A DNA stretch of 55,712 nucleotides. Origin: a virus (Duplodnaviria > Caudoviricetes). Made by a program: the position numbers and the translations under genes. The stretch spans positions 1-55,712 of IMG/VR virus record IMGVR_UViG_3300040807_003706, one strand, 5' to 3'. This document shows, one piece after another, positions 52,020 to 55,712 of this stretch; positions within the stretch are counted from its first letter, which is position 1; every line of letters starts with the position of its first letter. The notes under the pieces were generated by a model. The model was not told where the DNA came from. It was given only the letters and a program-made list of their open reading frames with translations, and searched no databases.

Positions 52020-52257
52020 AGTGGTCCAATGGATCGGAATCGACAATTCCTAAAGCCTGACAGAAGCCATCAAGGCTCTCCTGAGACATCTCTCCATTGA
52101 TCGCCACATCACGAGCCTTTTTAAGCCAGTCATTCACTGTTGGATTGCGGGCTGCAAGCTTCTGGAGCCACGCTATCTCAGAAAGTTCAACTGGCGCTCC
52201 TTGTGCAATGCGTTGGCAAATAAATTCCACCCGCTGACGCATCGCTGTGGACAACAT
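51937..52257 (-). CDS. Conserved cyanophage/cyanobacterial hypothetical protein
   Basis: MLST..R.R.E.IC..IA....V.L....W..KLA ... LD.F...LG..D.DP..H pattern. Confidence 0.7.
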   Translation of the reverse strand: MLSTAMRQRVEFICQRIAQGAPVELSEIAWLQKLAARNPTVNDWLKKARDVAINGEMSQESLDGFCQALGIVDSDPLDHFTRPPDPVAIAEWFQSKQRWFRGQSSL

Positions 52258-52326
52258 ATTCACACTGCAATATCAGGAACAATTATAAAGGGAGTAATAA
52301 AAAAAAGCCCCTAATGGGGCCTTGGA

Positions 52327-52467
52327 TTAGATAGAAGTTGCCTGTCGGTAGCGTTCTAAAATAAGTTCTTCCTCAGTCTTCTTTAGTTTGGCTAGGCGTT
52401 TCTCCAAGCGTCGCATGCGATGTGCCATCTCTTCAAAGAATTCAGAAGGTTTCATTGTCCATTTCAT
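52327..52467 (-). CDS. Small coiled-coil protein (46 aa)
   Basis: Manual translation MKWTMKPSEFFEEMAHRMRRLEKRLAKLKKTEEELILERYRQATSI; terminator hairpin at about 52299-52323. Confidence 0.55.
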   Translation of the reverse strand: MKWTMKPSEFFEEMAHRMRRLEKRLAKLKKTEEELILERYRQATSI

Positions 52468-52484
52468 TAGTTCTCTGTCAATTG

Positions 52485-52880
52485 TCACACTTCTCCTTGG
52501 CCAACTGCTTTTGCAAATGCACTGAGATAGGCCTGCATTAGATCAGGCTTTTCCATGGCCATGCATTCAACAACTGAACCGTGCATCACTGAACTATCAC
52601 GTATCAATGCATCCAAGCGATTTTGCAGGTGGTTCAAATCGTTAATGGCATTGTCCAGTATTGCGGACGGGCCAACGTCTGAGCGTTGGCCCTCCAGGGC
52701 GCAGAGAGCGGTTTCAAGGGACTGGCAAGTGCGGAGTAGTTCATTCACGCGAAACACGCCTTCAACAACGGGCTCACTACAAAACATGACTGGCACTGTA
52801 TTGCCAAGAATGTTTTTGGCGAACACAGCTAAGCCACGATCACTGGTGTGGGCTGACACGGACACGACTTTGGAATGCAT
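52485..52880 (-). CDS. Hypothetical protein
   Basis: ORF track 131 aa. Confidence 0.6.
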   Translation of the reverse strand: MHSKVVSVSAHTSDRGLAVFAKNILGNTVPVMFCSEPVVEGVFRVNELLRTCQSLETALCALEGQRSDVGPSAILDNAINDLNHLQNRLDALIRDSSVMHGSVVECMAMEKPDLMQAYLSAFAKAVGQGEV

Positions 52881-52935
52881 GATTAAGGAGCAATGGGCGG
52901 GACTCGCGTCCCATGTGCGACATTGTGCCGTCTTT

Positions 52936-53286
52936 TTACCAGAGCGTCAAGCCCTTGTTACGTTTTGCGTCACGAAGTTCACGCACAATCTTGGAGGAGG
53001 CTTTAGTGCCCTTTAACGGCTGATCGCGCCATTCAGTAGCTAGGCAATGGCAATCTCCAAGAGGTTCTAAAACTGCATAGCGATGGGCACGACCAAGTAA
53101 TGTTTGAAAAGCATTGCGTCTTGCCTTGGTAAGAGGCTCTTCAGGTTCTTCTAATTCCACGCGAGCAAAGTCTGCAATTTCCGTAAGATCATCTAGGGAT
53201 GTAGCTGTTACTACAAAATAACGATTACGTTGTTGAACTCTGGCCCACACAGGATGAGGCAATGGATCTTCTTGACTTTTTGCCAT
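52936..53286 (-). CDS. Hypothetical protein
   Basis: 3' part of track ORF 52936..53487; start uncertain. Confidence 0.5.
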   Translation of the reverse strand: MAKSQEDPLPHPVWARVQQRNRYFVVTATSLDDLTEIADFARVELEEPEEPLTKARRNAFQTLLGRAHRYAVLEPLGDCHCLATEWRDQPLKGTKASSKIVRELRDAKRNKGLTLW

Positions 53287-53344
53287 CACTTCTTGCGCTA
53301 AAGCAGGCGGAATGCATATATATGCTTGCCGCCCACTGCAAGGT

Positions 53345-53521
53345 TTATTTTCCGAAAAACCAAACTTCATTTGGGAAAAGGACTTTTGTCCACCCCCAAT
53401 GGGATTGCCCCATAAGCTGGGTGCCTTGGGAGATTGTGTTGGCCCATTCAACGGTGATTGGACCGAGCTGGAAAATGCCTCCTGCATGGCTAGTAGTAAA
53501 ACGGAGTGTGGAAAGAATCAT
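53345..53521 (-). CDS. Small hypothetical protein
   Basis: ATGA-coupled start at 53521. Confidence 0.5.
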   Translation of the reverse strand: MILSTLRFTTSHAGGIFQLGPITVEWANTISQGTQLMGQSHWGWTKVLFPNEVWFFGK

Positions 53522-53697
53522 TCGATGGTTAGAACAGTACAAGGAATGTCAGATGGCCATTCCGTTACTGTTGAAATGCGCTTACGCGGGAAATGCTTGG
53601 CAAATAGCTGACGAGCAAGCCATTCATTGGGTGCTGCAAGCGAAATCATCTCGTCACAACTGGTAGTGATGAGATAGGCATTCATGGCATTGGGCAT
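53518..53697 (-). CDS. Small hypothetical protein
   Basis: ATG 53697, one nt after the upstream stop. Confidence 0.5.
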   Translation of the reverse strand: MPNAMNAYLITTSCDEMISLAAPNEWLARQLFAKHFPRKRISTVTEWPSDIPCTVLTIE

Positions 53698-53698
53698 G

Positions 53699-54169
53699 TC
53701 AACCATCGCCTTGCTCCCGTGCCTTGTATTCATCCACTTCGGAAACAATGCTTTCCTTAAGCATGTCTCGCCAGGAATCATCGCCACCAAAGCTTCCTAC
53801 GGTTTCCAGGAGCTGAATGGCGCCACTTACGCGAGCGGCGTCCATTGCACCAGCAATGGAGGCAGCGGTGTCTTCCATTTCAATCATCTCTTGGATGACG
53901 CCAGCATGAATGGCGTACCACTTGCCCATGCAGAAAAGGGCAATTTGCCTTAATGGCTCATCGCCATACTTCTCAAGAAGAATGCCAATGGCATCAGCCA
54001 GGTCTACTGGTACGCCGATGGCATGGGGATCGTTAAGGAAGTCTTGAGCCCAAGCATTCGCTTCAGCGCGTTGATCGCGCTTCGCTTCACCAGCTTTTCG
54101 CAAGAAATCGTCAACGCTGTCAAAGGAAAAAGACAAAGGAAGTGAGCAACGCTTGTATCTTGCCGACAA
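53699..54169 (-). CDS. Hypothetical protein
   Basis: ORF track 156 aa; start uncertain. Confidence 0.6.
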   Translation of the reverse strand: MSARYKRCSLPLSFSFDSVDDFLRKAGEAKRDQRAEANAWAQDFLNDPHAIGVPVDLADAIGILLEKYGDEPLRQIALFCMGKWYAIHAGVIQEMIEMEDTAASIAGAMDAARVSGAIQLLETVGSFGGDDSWRDMLKESIVSEVDEYKAREQGDG

Positions 54170-54194
54170 TAACCAAGTTCGTCAATGAACGGTC

Positions 54195-54926
54195 CTAAAG
54201 ACTTTCTGCACTTTGCAGGAATCGCGTGCGCATTGATACGTCTTCCGTCTCGCTTTTCTCATCTGCGTCCATTGCTTCGATTTCCACTGCTCCTTCTTTC
54301 ATGGCAGTGTCTTCGCTAAGTTTCTTTTCTTTACCAATGGTGACGGTTAGATCTTTCAAAAATTGTTGATAAGTCTTGTCTTGCTGTTCTTCACGCTTCA
54401 ACTCATGCAGGCCCAAGAGTTTGGCCTGCTCCACTAGCGCATTCTTAGCCACATTCAGGAAGCCATGTTCACCAGCACTTTCTTCCACCTTGATCATGGT
54501 TCCGCCTTTCCCATCGTCACCATCTTGAATGGTCGTCACCTTCTTGCGTTTGCTGTGCTCAAACGCTTCCATAGCCTTGTCTTTCAAGTCCATTTGCTCT
54601 TTAAGCAGACGTGCCCGATGCACGTCTGCGCTCTGCAGGAGCTTTTCCGTATAGAGCTGGCGAGCGTGATGGCGATCAGCATTTACTGTTTCTTTACTAA
54701 GCTGCAATGCATCAGCAATTTGACGATTGCTCATATTTGCCGCCAGCAGCTCCTGAACCATATATCGACGCAGGCCGATAAGGTCTTTCGCCATGTTCAC
54801 GCCAGGCTTGTTCTTTGCTCGAACACGTTCAATCTCTTCTGGCGACAACCCAGCATCAGTAAGGATTTTTAACGCATAACGCAAGCCTTCTTCTTTATCT
54901 TTAAAAACAATTTCAGGCTGAGCCAT
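54195..54926 (-). CDS. HTH protein, candidate terminase small subunit
   Basis: RR..V..LL....SNRQIADALQLSKETVNAD HTH, then helices and AKLLGL, an architecture typical of TerS-like proteins. Confidence 0.55.
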   Translation of the reverse strand: MAQPEIVFKDKEEGLRYALKILTDAGLSPEEIERVRAKNKPGVNMAKDLIGLRRYMVQELLAANMSNRQIADALQLSKETVNADRHHARQLYTEKLLQSADVHRARLLKEQMDLKDKAMEAFEHSKRKKVTTIQDGDDGKGGTMIKVEESAGEHGFLNVAKNALVEQAKLLGLHELKREEQQDKTYQQFLKDLTVTIGKEKKLSEDTAMKEGAVEIEAMDADEKSETEDVSMRTRFLQSAESL

Positions 54927-55104
54927 TGTTTGCAGTTGCTATTGGCGCAATTGTATCGCCTTGATAAGGAAGCGTTCGTACAAATAACTCTGCAAAACGT
55001 TGCATCTTATTAGCAGCGACAGCAGGAGGGCCATCTTTAATGGCCCTCCGTATCGAATCCATTTCGGTCCATTCCGCATCAGATAAAATATTACTATGCG
55101 TCAC
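54913..55104 (-). CDS. Hypothetical protein
   Basis: EM..IR.AI...P.AV...KM.RFAELFV.TL; coupled to neighbours. Confidence 0.55.
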   Translation of the reverse strand: MTHSNILSDAEWTEMDSIRRAIKDGPPAVAANKMQRFAELFVRTLPYQGDTIAPIATANNGSA

Positions 55105-55343
55105 GCTTTTCCTTGCGTTGCACTTTCTAGTTTAAAGCCAGCATCAATAAGAGATTGAATGTCGTTAAGACTGCGCCTCCAATGCCGTTCGCCTTCGGGG
55201 CTCACGGCACCGTACAAATAACGTGGCGCTGGCTGAATTCCTCGATCTGGAATGGAGAAACCGTGATGGATGCGGCAGACGATTTCCACGCCATTGTGCT
55301 TTAGCGAAGGAAGGCTTTCAACAGGCTTAGGAGGATTGAGCAT
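55101..55343 (-). CDS. Hypothetical protein
   Basis: Start MLNPPKPV within track ORF 55101..55385. Confidence 0.55.
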   Translation of the reverse strand: MLNPPKPVESLPSLKHNGVEIVCRIHHGFSIPDRGIQPAPRYLYGAVSPEGERHWRRSLNDIQSLIDAGFKLESATQGKA

Positions 55344-55575
55344 TGCAGATTTTGTTTGCCCTGCAATGTTACTTACGATTTTCACCTTGGAAGACGCCTT
55401 TGTGCTTCTAGGGGATCTTGGCCTAGGTGCCGACTCCCGCTCCGCCCCTTTGGGGGGCTTCGCTGGTGCTGGAAGGCCATGCCTGAAGGAAGTCTAGTGC
55501 TCGTCAGTTCTGGAACTGGTTGCGCTCGGGACTTTCCGTGACCACTGTAGCACGAGCCTCAAAACGCCCAAGAAA

Positions 55576-55712
55576 TCAGCCAAATCCCTTCCATTTCGGA
55601 CGTTCCAGGCGAGCATCGTCCTGCAGTTCCTTGGTGATTTCTTCGACTTCCACATTGTTCTCAACTTGCTCTACCACGTTTTGTTTGATGACAGGGGCAG
55701 AGTCAGGGGCAG
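55576..55712 (-). CDS. Partial CDS (3' end; enters from the right edge)
   Basis: ...APVIKQNVVEQVENNVEVEEITKELQDDARLERPKWKGFG*. Confidence 0.55.
   Translation of the reverse strand, partial: APDSAPVIKQNVVEQVENNVEVEEITKELQDDARLERPKWKGFG

Noticed and set aside
55455-55510. Hammerhead ribozyme (CTGACGA on the minus strand)
   Set aside because: No properly placed GAAA with stem II/III pairing found

Overview
A 55.7 kb segment of a long-tailed (siphovirus-type) dsDNA cyanophage, probably infecting picocyanobacteria. Host cues are a CP12-like gene, a cyanophage-type class I RNR, a glutamine-II riboswitch with a YRG peptide, and cyanobacterial LexA, DnaA and HLR1-like sites. 1-34036 (minus strand) is the morphogenesis operon: tail fibres, a lambda-like J-I-K-L-M tip, tape measure, G/GT chaperones with a -1 frameshift, tail tube, a DUF4054/DUF2184/DUF2213/DUF1073 head module and an embedded glycosyltransferase/methyltransferase cassette. 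34086-37100 (plus strand) carries terminase, CP12-like, a structured RNA, tRNA-Leu and the riboswitch. 37100-41900 carries a phosphoesterase, a GIY-YIG endonuclease and RNR. Two things stand out. (1) An orphan IS110-like DEDD/RuvC protein (42516-43523) is bracketed by four copies of a two-motif repeat unit (TTCA-N5-YCA, paired 29-31 nt apart), a candidate RNA-guided system reminiscent of, but geometrically different from, TIGR-Tas and bridge RNA. (2) A ~4 kb block (about 44300-48100) has extreme purine/pyrimidine strand bias and GT/AC avoidance, encodes small L/S/A/E-rich proteins from repeated promoter modules, and is flanked by inverted LexA- and Fur-like boxes, DnaA boxes and short tandem repeats; it is probably the first-injected or terminal region. 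All family calls come from motif recognition by eye; no searches were run.
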